A stretch of 64,000 bases of DNA from Escherichia phage ManiMatter_Bas94, in the sequence record PQ850617.1; one strand, given 5' to 3'. The notes under the pieces are model-generated. The model was given only the letters and a program-made list of their open reading frames with translations, did no database searches and was not told where the DNA came from. Both the position numbers and the translations under genes were made by a program. Below are positions 54,959-62,180 of this stretch, piece by piece (the stretch's first letter is position 1; each line of letters begins with the position of its first letter).

Positions 54959-55157
54959 ATTATTTACCCTTTATCAGAGATTAAAAGTAATATTATTTAA
55001 GTAAGTTATATTTAGTAAACTTATTTTCTAAGAAATTTTCAAAGGGTCTATATACAGAGCATTACCCATAGTCCCAGAACACTACCATCTTTTTCAATAA
55101 ATTTACTAAGTGGTTGGTTTATAAAGGAATTTAGTTTGTCAAATCTGGCACTAGTGA

Positions 55158-55547
55158 TTATTCCCTAGAGCTATTATCGAACACTAAATCACCACAATAC
55201 ATAGGATTGGCATACCATTTTGGCACCCCTTCGCTCTTACTCTGAAAGTAAGTCCCACTGTACAGCGGAACATAATTCTTCTTAAGGGCACGTTTAGCAA
55301 GTCTCTCGCTTTCTCCAATGGCTTGCTTAGTCATCGGATTTTTATCACGAATCAGCTTTACATAACGTTTATAAGGTTTCTCCTGTTTTAATAGTACCGG
55401 AATCCACTCAAACTGGTTCTTTTGTCTTATCACCTGTTCAGCGGTCAGTTTTCGTTGGGCCATTCTATTTATCACGGTATCCGCAACCATAGCCTTACAT
55501 GCGGTTGGCTGATTCCCTGCCTCATAATAAATAGTCAATGTCAACAT
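55158..55547 (-). CDS. SleB-type cell-wall hydrolase (Hydrolase_2)
   Basis: LTIYYEAGNQPTACKAMVADTVINRMAQRK..AEQVIRQKNQFEW follows the SleB family pattern. Confidence 0.65.
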   Translation of the reverse strand: MLTLTIYYEAGNQPTACKAMVADTVINRMAQRKLTAEQVIRQKNQFEWIPVLLKQEKPYKRYVKLIRDKNPMTKQAIGESERLAKRALKKNYVPLYSGTYFQSKSEGVPKWYANPMYCGDLVFDNSSRE

Positions 55548-55584
55548 TAGCTGGGCCGTTGTTATCAGAACTTGCTACCTCCTC

Positions 55585-55782
55585 TCAGGATAAAACACCT
55601 TTCATGTATGCCTTACTCGAAGCCCTCCTTGTGGCTTTTAGTATGGATTGCTTAGCCTTATTCTTAGCTTCTTCTGTCATTCCATCAAAAACACCGAGCT
55701 TAGTTAGCTCCTTACTAGGAGGCTTATAGGAAGGGTTTAAAGCATTAGATAAATTATGACCATAGGCATGACCACGGCACAA
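55585..55782 (-). CDS. Hypothetical basic protein (65 aa)
   Basis: ORF-track ORF. Confidence 0.35.
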   Translation of the reverse strand: MCRGHAYGHNLSNALNPSYKPPSKELTKLGVFDGMTEEAKNKAKQSILKATRRASSKAYMKGVLS

Positions 55783-55801
55783 TAAAGAAGAAAGATTAAG
55801 C

Positions 55802-56167
55802 CTATGGATTTACACATTGACCGTTACCGGATGCGATTTCATTCATTGACTCATCAAACAAGGTTAGGGATGAGCGCATCAAGTGATCGACCGTGATTTG
55901 TTTACCGGTAGTTTCATTTACCAGTTGAATAGTTTTATCATATGATTGCACATGATCGAAATCATTTACATGCAAAATAATAACTTTAGGTGACTTTTTA
56001 CCAGTCGAATAGTTTTCTATCAAATAGGTGCACTGTAAACCTTCCACCGTATCAGGGGAAAATGTTGCAGCCTTTACACTACCCATAGCCGATAGGAGAA
56101 CGCCCAGCAGTAGAACGACCAGAAAAAAACCTACAACCATTTTAATGATGAATTTAATAAACCACAT
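55802..56167 (-). CDS. Membrane/secreted protein (121 aa)
   Basis: N-terminal hydrophobic segment MVVGFFLVVLLLGVLLSAMGSVKA. Confidence 0.45.
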   Translation of the reverse strand: MWFIKFIIKMVVGFFLVVLLLGVLLSAMGSVKAATFSPDTVEGLQCTYLIENYSTGKKSPKVIILHVNDFDHVQSYDKTIQLVNETTGKQITVDHLMRSSLTLFDESMNEIASGNGQCVNP

Positions 56168-56269
56168 AACTATAAACCTTTTAATCAGAGGATGTAAGAA
56201 TAAAGCATATCAGCGACGAATAACGCCACTGTAACGACGAATAAGCAACGCCAGAAAAATCATTAAGCA

Positions 56270-56515
56270 TCATTTTAATCCGTGATTCAGTAGGTTCGCC
56301 AGTGATAGCCCACCGTCAAAATAAATTGAACGGAAGTCATCGCGGGTAATTTCAATCCCTACAGCAGATAACCAATCTTTGGCCTTTTTAAAATCCATGA
56401 CGCAGAAAGTAACGGTCGGGATTATTACATCACCAGCTTGCAAGCTAAACGCAATAAAAGTATCACACACAAAACAAGAAAAGCCGCTAGACAATTTAAC
56501 TTCTTTGATAGCCAT
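56270..56515 (-). CDS. Hypothetical protein (81 aa), paralog of 61304..61555
   Basis: MAIKEVKLSSGFSCFVCDTFIAF.. aligns with MSIKEIKLSNGLSCCVCDTFIAF.. along the full length. Confidence 0.5.
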   Translation of the reverse strand: MAIKEVKLSSGFSCFVCDTFIAFSLQAGDVIIPTVTFCVMDFKKAKDWLSAVGIEITRDDFRSIYFDGGLSLANLLNHGLK

Positions 56516-56529
56516 AATTCTAACCCTTA

Positions 56530-57018
56530 TTATTTAGCACTGATGCAATTAGCTAGGTTGATGTGTACGGTATAAACCGCATTATTCTCACTATTGTAAA
56601 CCGTGGTGGCAAGCATTGATTCGTTTATCGGGCCATAACTGACTAGATTTGTAACAGCTTTCGCATGTTTGTAACGTTGTACAGTGCCAAATGTAACTAG
56701 TTCGGGATCGTTATCAGTGCGCTTTAATAGCAAATCATCATTGCCCTGATTATCTAGTGTTTTGGTACTAACGACCAGACCATCACGGGAAACGTTACTA
56801 AATTTAACCTTTAAGACGATTTGATTGGTGTCACTATCCGCACCGTTACAGATTAACCATTTGTTAGGTGCATCCTTCACGAACAAACTAGCGGCATTAT
56901 TAGCAGAAGCAGAACTAGCGATAGCGTTGTCAGAAAAAGAAGTTACCAGTGCACTGACACCGATGGCTGTAACCAGTGCATAACTTGCCAGATTAATAGT
57001 CTGCATTACTTTCGCCAT
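56530..57018 (-). CDS. Secreted protein (162 aa) with signal peptide
   Basis: Signal-like LASYALVTAIGVSALVTSFSDNAIA. Confidence 0.45.
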   Translation of the reverse strand: MAKVMQTINLASYALVTAIGVSALVTSFSDNAIASSASANNAASLFVKDAPNKWLICNGADSDTNQIVLKVKFSNVSRDGLVVSTKTLDNQGNDDLLLKRTDNDPELVTFGTVQRYKHAKAVTNLVSYGPINESMLATTVYNSENNAVYTVHINLANCISAK

Positions 57019-57040
57019 TTTTGCTACCCCTTAGATAGAA

Positions 57041-57097
57041 TCAATTAACTATTGCCACTTCTATAATACAAAGACGGTATTCAAGGTTACTACTCAT
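57041..57097 (-). CDS. 18-codon mini-ORF with a strong SD
   Basis: AGGAGG-7 nt-ATG gives MSSNLEYRLCIIEVAIVN. It lies directly after two terminators. The listed 61-aa ORF spans those hairpins and is rejected. Confidence 0.3.
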   Translation of the reverse strand: MSSNLEYRLCIIEVAIVN

Positions 57098-57121
57098 ACT
57101 TATACCTCCTGTTTTACGGGC

Positions 57122-57149
57122 ATAAAAAAGCCCCAGCCGTAGCCGGGGC
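57122..57149 (-). terminator. Rho-independent terminator (second of a tandem pair)
   Basis: Minus strand reads gccccggc-tacg-gctggggc followed by tttttt. Confidence 0.8.
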
Positions 57150-57201
57150 AAACCTGAAAGCAACGCATGACCGTTGCTATAAATACACTCGCAAATGCAC
57201 T

Positions 57202-57225
57202 TACAGCAACGCAAAAAGCCGCTCA
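57202..57225 (-). terminator. Rho-independent terminator (first of a tandem pair)
   Basis: Minus strand reads agccgcc-tttga-gcggct followed by ttttt. Confidence 0.75.
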
Positions 57226-57314
57226 AAGGCGGCTATGTGGAAGCTTCAAATGGGGAGAGGGCACGACGCGGCAGAAAGAGCGTCATAGTACTAAAAGAGG
57301 GGGCTGCATTCCTA

Positions 57315-57758
57315 CTACTTAACCCTTGCTTCTTTGATGGGGTCAATATATTTTTCAACTCCCCACTTATGTTTGCTGTCTGCGTAGAATACATCAGGTG
57401 CGCATTGGCTTGTTTTAGGGAAGGCTTGCGGATCTTTGGTGCTCCCTTTAAACTTCTGTTTACCACGGGTGCGACCATTACAGAAGATTTCTAGTTTCTT
57501 CTCCTCTTCTGTTTTAGCTCCCCCGCTCTTTAATAGTGAACGTTTATGATCAGCTAACAGCAACGCATCAGCACGATGGGTACGATGGCCTACACGCTTG
57601 GGCACACTAGAAGGAATATGAGATTCAGCCTCAGCCCTTGCAGCACGACGCTTTAAACTACGCTTGCTAACATGATTAGTTGCCTTTGGTTTCTCTTTCT
57701 CCAATTCAGAAATAGAAAAACAACGCCCGCCCTTCATGCTGATTTTAGATTTAGCCAC
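57315..57758 (-). CDS. Basic early protein (147 aa) with an Arg-rich segment and an HNH-like signature
   Basis: The Arg-rich segment is KRSLKRRAARAEAE. ADHKRSLLKSGGAKTEEEKKLEIFCNGRTRGK parallels the motif in 31538..31855. Confidence 0.45.
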   Translation of the reverse strand: MAKSKISMKGGRCFSISELEKEKPKATNHVSKRSLKRRAARAEAESHIPSSVPKRVGHRTHRADALLLADHKRSLLKSGGAKTEEEKKLEIFCNGRTRGKQKFKGSTKDPQAFPKTSQCAPDVFYADSKHKWGVEKYIDPIKEARVK

Positions 57759-57827
57759 TATCTTATTCCTTTCAGTGATAAGTTATATCGGGCAAGCCCA
57801 TCAAGGCGATAGGCTTGAACAAATAAC

Positions 57828-58037
57828 TCAACCAAGTAAACCAAATGATTTCCAACTACGCAGTAAGATCGTACCATCATCCATAGTTACGCATAATTTT
57901 AGTAGTCGCTTACTGGTACTGCTCACCGTTGTGATTCGTCCGGTTGTACATTTACCTTTATTGCTATAAAGATATATAACACGATGGCCTAACAAACGAG
58001 ATGGCGCTTTCTTAAATTCTGAAATGTTAGTGATCAT
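57828..58037 (-). CDS. Hypothetical protein (69 aa)
   Basis: ORF-track ORF with a 1-nt overlap to the upstream gene. Confidence 0.4.
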   Translation of the reverse strand: MITNISEFKKAPSRLLGHRVIYLYSNKGKCTTGRITTVSSTSKRLLKLCVTMDDGTILLRSWKSFGLLG

Positions 58038-58255
58038 TATCCATATACCTTAACATGATTGATTCGACGTGAATGATGATAAGAAGACTCAACAGCCATT
58101 GCCTTTAATTCTTCTTTTCGTTGGTTAGTGTGTACAATATCCCAATGATTATGATCGTGTTGGCGCTGTAATATCTTACTACATTTGCGATGGTTTCCCG
58201 TGCTGCGACGTTTCTCACAAATAGGACACTTACCAAAATCATTACTGAATATCAT
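58037..58255 (-). CDS. Cys/His-rich small protein (72 aa)
   Basis: CPICEKRRSTGNHRKC...HDHNH. Confidence 0.4.
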   Translation of the reverse strand: MIFSNDFGKCPICEKRRSTGNHRKCSKILQRQHDHNHWDIVHTNQRKEELKAMAVESSYHHSRRINHVKVYG

Positions 58256-58479
58256 TTTCTCAATCCTAACTTTCTTAAGACACGGCCTAACGTTGTTTCT
58301 TGGGTGATAATATACCTGACCGCTTCACGTTCCAACGTTTCAATCTTCATTGGCGACGGATACCATTCACCGGTAAGCATACACCTATACTCAACGCCAT
58401 ACTTTTTAGATAGGCGGTAATGTTGACCGTTGACAAGGTTCCTATAAATCGTGGTATGCGTCGTTAACATAATCGTCAC
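58252..58479 (-). CDS. Hypothetical protein (75 aa)
   Basis: ORF-track ORF with ATGA-type overlap downstream. Confidence 0.4.
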   Translation of the reverse strand: MTIMLTTHTTIYRNLVNGQHYRLSKKYGVEYRCMLTGEWYPSPMKIETLEREAVRYIITQETTLGRVLRKLGLRK

Positions 58480-58530
58480 CTTTGATTAGATTCTTTGATT
58501 AGTACACTGAATCAATGCACTGATAAAAGA

Positions 58531-58562
58531 AAAGGCGCTACCCGTTAAAGATAGCGCCTCAT
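58531..58562 (-). terminator. Rho-independent terminator after the first early gene
   Basis: Minus strand reads aggcgcta-tctttaacgg-tagcgcct followed by tttcttttatc. Confidence 0.7.
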
Positions 58563-58582
58563 GTTTATTTAGATTGTCTTAC

Positions 58583-59482
58583 TTATGCCGCCTGACGTGC
58601 CGCCATAATTTCAGCCGCTTTGCGCAATACTTCTTCCTCTTCTGCTTTCGCCGCTTGTTCGGTACGGGTAGCAACCGTTGAAGAGATACGACCGCGCAGA
58701 CTTTCTAACTTCTCTTGCATAGCTGCGATGGTCTTTTCCATTTCATCAGCGTATGAGTCCAGTGATTCTAGTTCCTTGCTCGATGCGTTCATCAGATAAT
58801 CATCAGAGATCGCTACCGTTGAGGCCGTCACTTTCTTGATGAGTGAGTCGAATGACTTCTTAACCTTGCCGACTTCTTCACTTAAGGCAATAGTGTTATC
58901 ACTGGTAGCGCCGTTGCGCTCATCGGCCAACAATTTTGCTTCAATACGGATTGCATTCAAGCGTTCAACTAAAGCGTAAATATCCTGATTAAAATCTTCC
59001 TTGTTTTTCGCCGGTATTTGAAGGTGTGCCGCCACGTTGTCATTGCAACCTTTGTAGAAGTTAGGATTATCCACTTCAATTGCACGACCTAAAGCAAAAT
59101 TCTCGAAAGCATTCGACCAGCGAGCGCGGTTTTGTTCCATTTTGGCCTTAATTTGCGCTTCTTTCGCATCTTCTTTCGCTTTCGCTTCACCTTCCAGATT
59201 AATCCATTTTTTACGACCGTTCGCCGCCTCGGTATTAAACTTGATTGGAGTAAGGAAAGTAATTGCAGTGGCAATAACATCCATATCGCGGAAACGTTCA
59301 GTTAACAGAAAATCGACCGCCGACTGCAATACATCTAATTTCTTGCCGTTGCTGCGGAAGTGCTGCAAATGACCTAACAGAAAGTTAGAAACATCTTGCT
59401 TAATCGCCGCGTTATTGCTACGGATGTTGTTTGCCAGTGCATTGAAACCGGATTCTTTTACCAGATTAAAAACTTTAGCCAT
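58583..59482 (-). CDS. First early protein (299 aa), helical, unknown function
   Basis: ATG 59482 is preferred (aaggtg, 7 nt). It is the first ORF downstream of the promoter array. GC- and CpG-richer than the rest of the window, judged by eye. Confidence 0.5.
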   Translation of the reverse strand: MAKVFNLVKESGFNALANNIRSNNAAIKQDVSNFLLGHLQHFRSNGKKLDVLQSAVDFLLTERFRDMDVIATAITFLTPIKFNTEAANGRKKWINLEGEAKAKEDAKEAQIKAKMEQNRARWSNAFENFALGRAIEVDNPNFYKGCNDNVAAHLQIPAKNKEDFNQDIYALVERLNAIRIEAKLLADERNGATSDNTIALSEEVGKVKKSFDSLIKKVTASTVAISDDYLMNASSKELESLDSYADEMEKTIAAMQEKLESLRGRISSTVATRTEQAAKAEEEEVLRKAAEIMAARQAA

Positions 59483-60301
59483 GATATTCACCTTTCAATT
59501 ATAAGGGCACTATTGCCCCGCTCGCTATGAGCTTTCAAGCCATTATTGACTTAACTATAAACGCTCACTATAAACGCTTATAGGTAAGCGGAGCGGTCTT
59601 ATCAGGAGTTAACCTTGCCGCTCCCTTATCCGTGATGTTTCATCTGGTATCTTTAATTAGTCGCTATAAATAAAGCCGACTTGATAGCGATGATCAATCA
59701 TCACAATAAGGCCAGTGTGTCCGACTCAATTTAATTACATTACTGTAACCGTCGGCAATATCGTTTACTCTGCTTTCGCTCCCGCCTATCCTTTTGTATC
59801 AGCTCTTTATCGCTAGTCATCGCCCACTACGGGATACTATTGCGAAAAAGTCACTAACCGCCTAATATTCCGGCGTTTTATATCTTTCGGCAAGTTTACT
59901 ACACAACACGACTATGTACTTTCATCCTAAGACGAATATCAAGCCGCTCACGTCGTAAACGTTCACACTAAAACCTTATTGTTAAATAGCAATTTGCCAC
60001 TTTTTAACCGTTCGCCGCCGCCCTCAATTGGGCGTTAATTCGTCGGGATTGTCTACCCTGATCAGTTTCTTTCATTGTAGCGCCTTTTTAGCTAGGCCGC
60101 CGCTACCCATTAACCGTGGGCGATTAGTTTTAGCCTTGCGTGCACTCAATGATTCCGCTTACCAGTGGTGACGTTTCCAGTTAAGGGATTGTAAAGCTGT
60201 TTACCCTGATAATTTAGGGAGCTTTACGCCGTTTTATCTGGTATGTTTTCCGATGGTCATTATCATCCAACATATGCAACCGATATAGGGGAACGTTTAA
60301 A

Positions 60302-60314
60302 TTATTAAAGAGCG
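60302..60314 (-). promoter_or_regulatory. boxA-like element 1 (CGCTCTTTAATAA)
   Basis: Minus-strand sequence about 90 nt downstream of the predicted P1 start. Compare rrn boxA TGCTCTTTAACAA. Confidence 0.55.
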
Positions 60315-60408
60315 GTAAATCTGTCAGTGTGCTTTCTCACACTACGCAACTGTTAGCCGTTGTGTCGCTTTTTCACTGAAGCGGTGATTTGCTTAGTGAC
60401 TTGTGCTT

Positions 60409-60437
60409 ATTATGAATCATTTTGCTTCCGCCGTCAA
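60409..60437 (-). promoter_or_regulatory. Sigma70 promoter P1 (TTGACG-17-CATAAT)
   Basis: Read on the minus strand, with A-tracts upstream (gatgaaaaaagattaaaaaagtga). Confidence 0.7.
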
Positions 60438-60541
60438 TCACTTTTTTAATCTTTTTTCATCGTTCCCGCTGTTGGGAAGATATATCAATCAGCTATATTT
60501 GATTGAAGATTAAGCGATCAGGCTTGAACTTATGATTCATA

Positions 60542-60554
60542 TTTTTAAAGAGCG
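60542..60554 (-). promoter_or_regulatory. boxA-like element 2 (CGCTCTTTAAAAA)
   Basis: Lies 13-25 nt downstream of the predicted P2 start. Confidence 0.55.
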
Positions 60555-60573
60555 GTTTTTCTGACTTGTGATC

Positions 60574-60602
60574 AGTATAAACTTACTTTCTCACGTTGTC
60601 AA
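60574..60602 (-). promoter_or_regulatory. Sigma70 promoter P2 (TTGACA-17-TATACT)
   Basis: Read on the minus strand, with an A-tract upstream (gataaaaaagagat). Confidence 0.75.
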
Positions 60603-60676
60603 TCTCTTTTTTATCGTCTTCTTTGATTCTCTTCCCTTATCTCGCGTGAATCTATGCGAAAGGGCAAGACGATAAA

Positions 60677-60689
60677 TTTTTAAAGAGCG
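60677..60689 (-). promoter_or_regulatory. boxA-like element 3 (CGCTCTTTAAAAATTTATCG)
   Basis: Lies 28-40 nt downstream of P3. The similarity extends to the rrn leader TGCTCTTTAACAATTTATCA (from memory). Confidence 0.6.
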
Positions 60690-60723
60690 GGATTTTTTAA
60701 GTCATCGCTGACCTTGTACACTC

Positions 60724-60752
60724 ATTATAGGTTAGGCTTTTTCCGGTGTCAA
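60724..60752 (-). promoter_or_regulatory. Sigma70 promoter P3 (TTGACA-17-TATAAT, full consensus)
   Basis: Minus strand reads ttgaca ccggaaaaagcctaacc tataat. Confidence 0.85.
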
Positions 60753-60771
60753 TATTCTTTTTCAGAATATT
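60751..60771 (-). promoter_or_regulatory. boxB-like hairpin A (AAUAUUCU-GAAAA-AGAAUAUU)
   Basis: 8-bp stem with a GAAAA pentaloop closed by U-A, 17 nt downstream of boxA 4. It overlaps the UP/-35 edge of P3. Confidence 0.45.
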
Positions 60772-60788
60772 TTCACTTTCTAGCCTGA

Positions 60789-60801
60789 TTTTTAAAGAGC
60801 G
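60789..60801 (-). promoter_or_regulatory. boxA-like element 4 (CGCTCTTTAAAAA)
   Basis: Downstream of P4 and followed by hairpin A. Confidence 0.55.
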
Positions 60802-60944
60802 TTTAAAGCTGTATGGCTCCCATAACACCACTTGATGATCAGTTAACCTACGATCATTCAGGACTATAGTACCCGCTTAGTTGCGTCTGACTTGCTTCAC
60901 TCACTAGGGAGTTACTTGAGCGGTCATCTTGTCTTTCTAAGCTC

Positions 60945-60972
60945 ATTATAGGTTAGGCTTTTCAGTTGTCAA
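60945..60972 (-). promoter_or_regulatory. Sigma70 promoter P4 (TTGACA-16-TATAAT)
   Basis: Part of a roughly 80-bp direct repeat with the P3 unit (60721-60802 versus 60942-61022). Confidence 0.8.
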
Positions 60973-60990
60973 ATACTTTTTCAAGTATTT
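60971..60990 (-). promoter_or_regulatory. boxB-like hairpin B (AAAUACUU-GAAA-AAGUAUUU)
   Basis: 8-bp stem with a GNRA loop, 18 nt downstream of boxA 5. The stem differs from hairpin A at several positions but stays complementary. Confidence 0.45.
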
Positions 60991-61008
60991 TTTCACTTTC
61001 TAGCCTAC

Positions 61009-61021
61009 TTTTTAAAGAGCG
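61009..61021 (-). promoter_or_regulatory. boxA-like element 5 (CGCTCTTTAAAAA)
   Basis: Lies 41-53 nt downstream of the predicted P5 start. Confidence 0.55.
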
Positions 61022-61068
61022 GGGCAATTTCTTGCCTTGTATGTTTTACATCGTACCCGATGGAAATG

Positions 61069-61096
61069 AGTATACGCGAGCCTTTAGAAAGTGCAA
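61069..61096 (-). promoter_or_regulatory. Sigma70 promoter P5 (TTGCAC-16-TATACT)
   Basis: Read on the minus strand, with AT-rich sequence upstream. Confidence 0.55.
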
Positions 61097-61254
61097 TAGG
61101 GGAAAGCAAATTATTTTAAACTTTTTCACTGTAGGGAAGATAGAAGAGCGGGCTGACGTGGTACACCATAGGAAACGGCTTGTAAAGCGATAATAGGCGG
61201 CCTAAAACGCACCACAATGAGCTAAAAGGGGATAAGGTATATAATCACCTTAGA

Positions 61255-61286
61255 AAAGAAAAAAGCGCCTTTATTGGCGCTTATAG
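61255..61286 (-). terminator. Rho-independent terminator
   Basis: Minus strand reads agcgcc-aataaa-ggcgct followed by tttttctttt. Confidence 0.75.
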
Positions 61287-61303
61287 GGATGATTTAAAGT
61301 TTT

Positions 61304-61555
61304 TCACCATTTAGGCAAATCTGCATCAAGTAGGCCAGCAAGTGACAATTCACCGTCAACATATATCGATCTGAAATCGTCCCGATTGATATCAATGCGT
61401 ACCATTTGCAGCCATTTTTTGGCCTCGTTAAAGCTCATTGAGCAAAAAGAAACCGTGGGCAATATTACGTCACCATTTTGCAAGCCGAACGCGATAAAAG
61501 TATCGCACACGCAGCAAGAAAGACCGTTCGACAATTTAATCTCTTTGATACTCAT
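61304..61555 (-). CDS. Hypothetical protein (83 aa), paralog of 56270..56515
   Basis: Full-length similarity to 56270..56515, roughly 60 percent aa identity by eye. Confidence 0.5.
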   Translation of the reverse strand: MSIKEIKLSNGLSCCVCDTFIAFGLQNGDVILPTVSFCSMSFNEAKKWLQMVRIDINRDDFRSIYVDGELSLAGLLDADLPKW

Positions 61556-61582
61556 GTTTTTACACTCCCAAAGATAGGTTAT

Positions 61583-61729
61583 TTATTTGCTGAATTTAGC
61601 GCCATAAAACTTACTAATCTTGTTTTTCGGGCTTAACTTGCTATCAGTGAGCGCTTCAATCACTTCACAAACGATCAGGGCAAGTAAAGGAAAAACTACA
61701 GCCATAAACATCATTACCAGAATAATCAT
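61583..61729 (-). CDS. Small membrane protein (48 aa)
   Basis: Hand translation gives MIILVMMFMAVVFPLLALIVCEVIEALTDSKLSPKNKISKFYGAKFSK. Confidence 0.4.
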   Translation of the reverse strand: MIILVMMFMAVVFPLLALIVCEVIEALTDSKLSPKNKISKFYGAKFSK

Positions 61730-61861
61730 TTCTATCACTCCAATCACTCAATCCGTAGGCTTCAATTTACTACTACTTAATAAGGAAAGCAATCACCACG
61801 GGCAAAATACTACCCGCAGAACAGACCACGGGGGAACGTGCCAGATAATGCGGTAATAATA

Positions 61862-61997
61862 TTCCACTTAAATAATTAGTTAACTATTAATAACATTACT
61901 CAAACATCAAACGTTAAAAGAAAAGAATAACAGAACGCTGAAAAAGAAAAGAATAAAAAGAAATATAATAAACATCAAACATAATCTTTCCACTTAA
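61862..61997. repeat. AT-rich region with nested short direct repeats
   Basis: ttccacttaa (61862, 61988), aacatcaaac (61903, 61971), aaaagaaaagaataa (61916, 61942). Confidence 0.7.
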
Positions 61998-62171
61998 TTA
62001 ATGCATATATCATTATTGCACTCATAATTATCACCATTGAAACTATTTACATTCAAACTATGGGGGATGGCGATAGTTGCTATCCGGTATTAATAGCCTC
62101 AATATAATCAAGCATTAACAATGGCTAGCCTTTCCCATACTCTTTTAAGGGGCACTAAATAAACGGGTATT

Positions 62172-62180
62172 AAATGTATA
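62172..62180 (+). promoter_or_regulatory. AAATGTATA variant motif (candidate promoter of the rightward operon)
   Basis: Same variant as at 36386. Followed by four ACGGG repeats (62163, 62192, 62208, 62220). Confidence 0.4.

Noticed and set aside
55000-55157. Sigma70 promoter at the module boundary (TTGACA at about 55131 on the minus strand)
   Set aside because: No acceptable -10 hexamer lies at 15-19 nt spacing (TAAACC/AAACCA).
57041-57226. 61-aa ORF (MSGFLRCCKC...)
   Set aside because: It runs straight through two strong terminator hairpins and has no SD. Only its last 18 codons, which have AGGAGG upstream, look translatable.
60300-61100. Whether the repeated units could be a CRISPR array
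   Set aside because: The repeats are 13-nt motifs and one roughly 80-bp duplication at irregular spacing (110-240 bp). There is no constant repeat-spacer periodicity and no cas genes. They are explained as promoter/boxA units.
61100-61250. A possible sixth promoter (TTTACA-17-TACCAC or TTGTGG-17-ATTATC) and a sixth boxA-like CGCTCTTCTATCT (61141-61153)
   Set aside because: The hexamers are poor and the boxA-like sequence matches only 7 of 13 positions. This does not exceed chance in AT-rich DNA.
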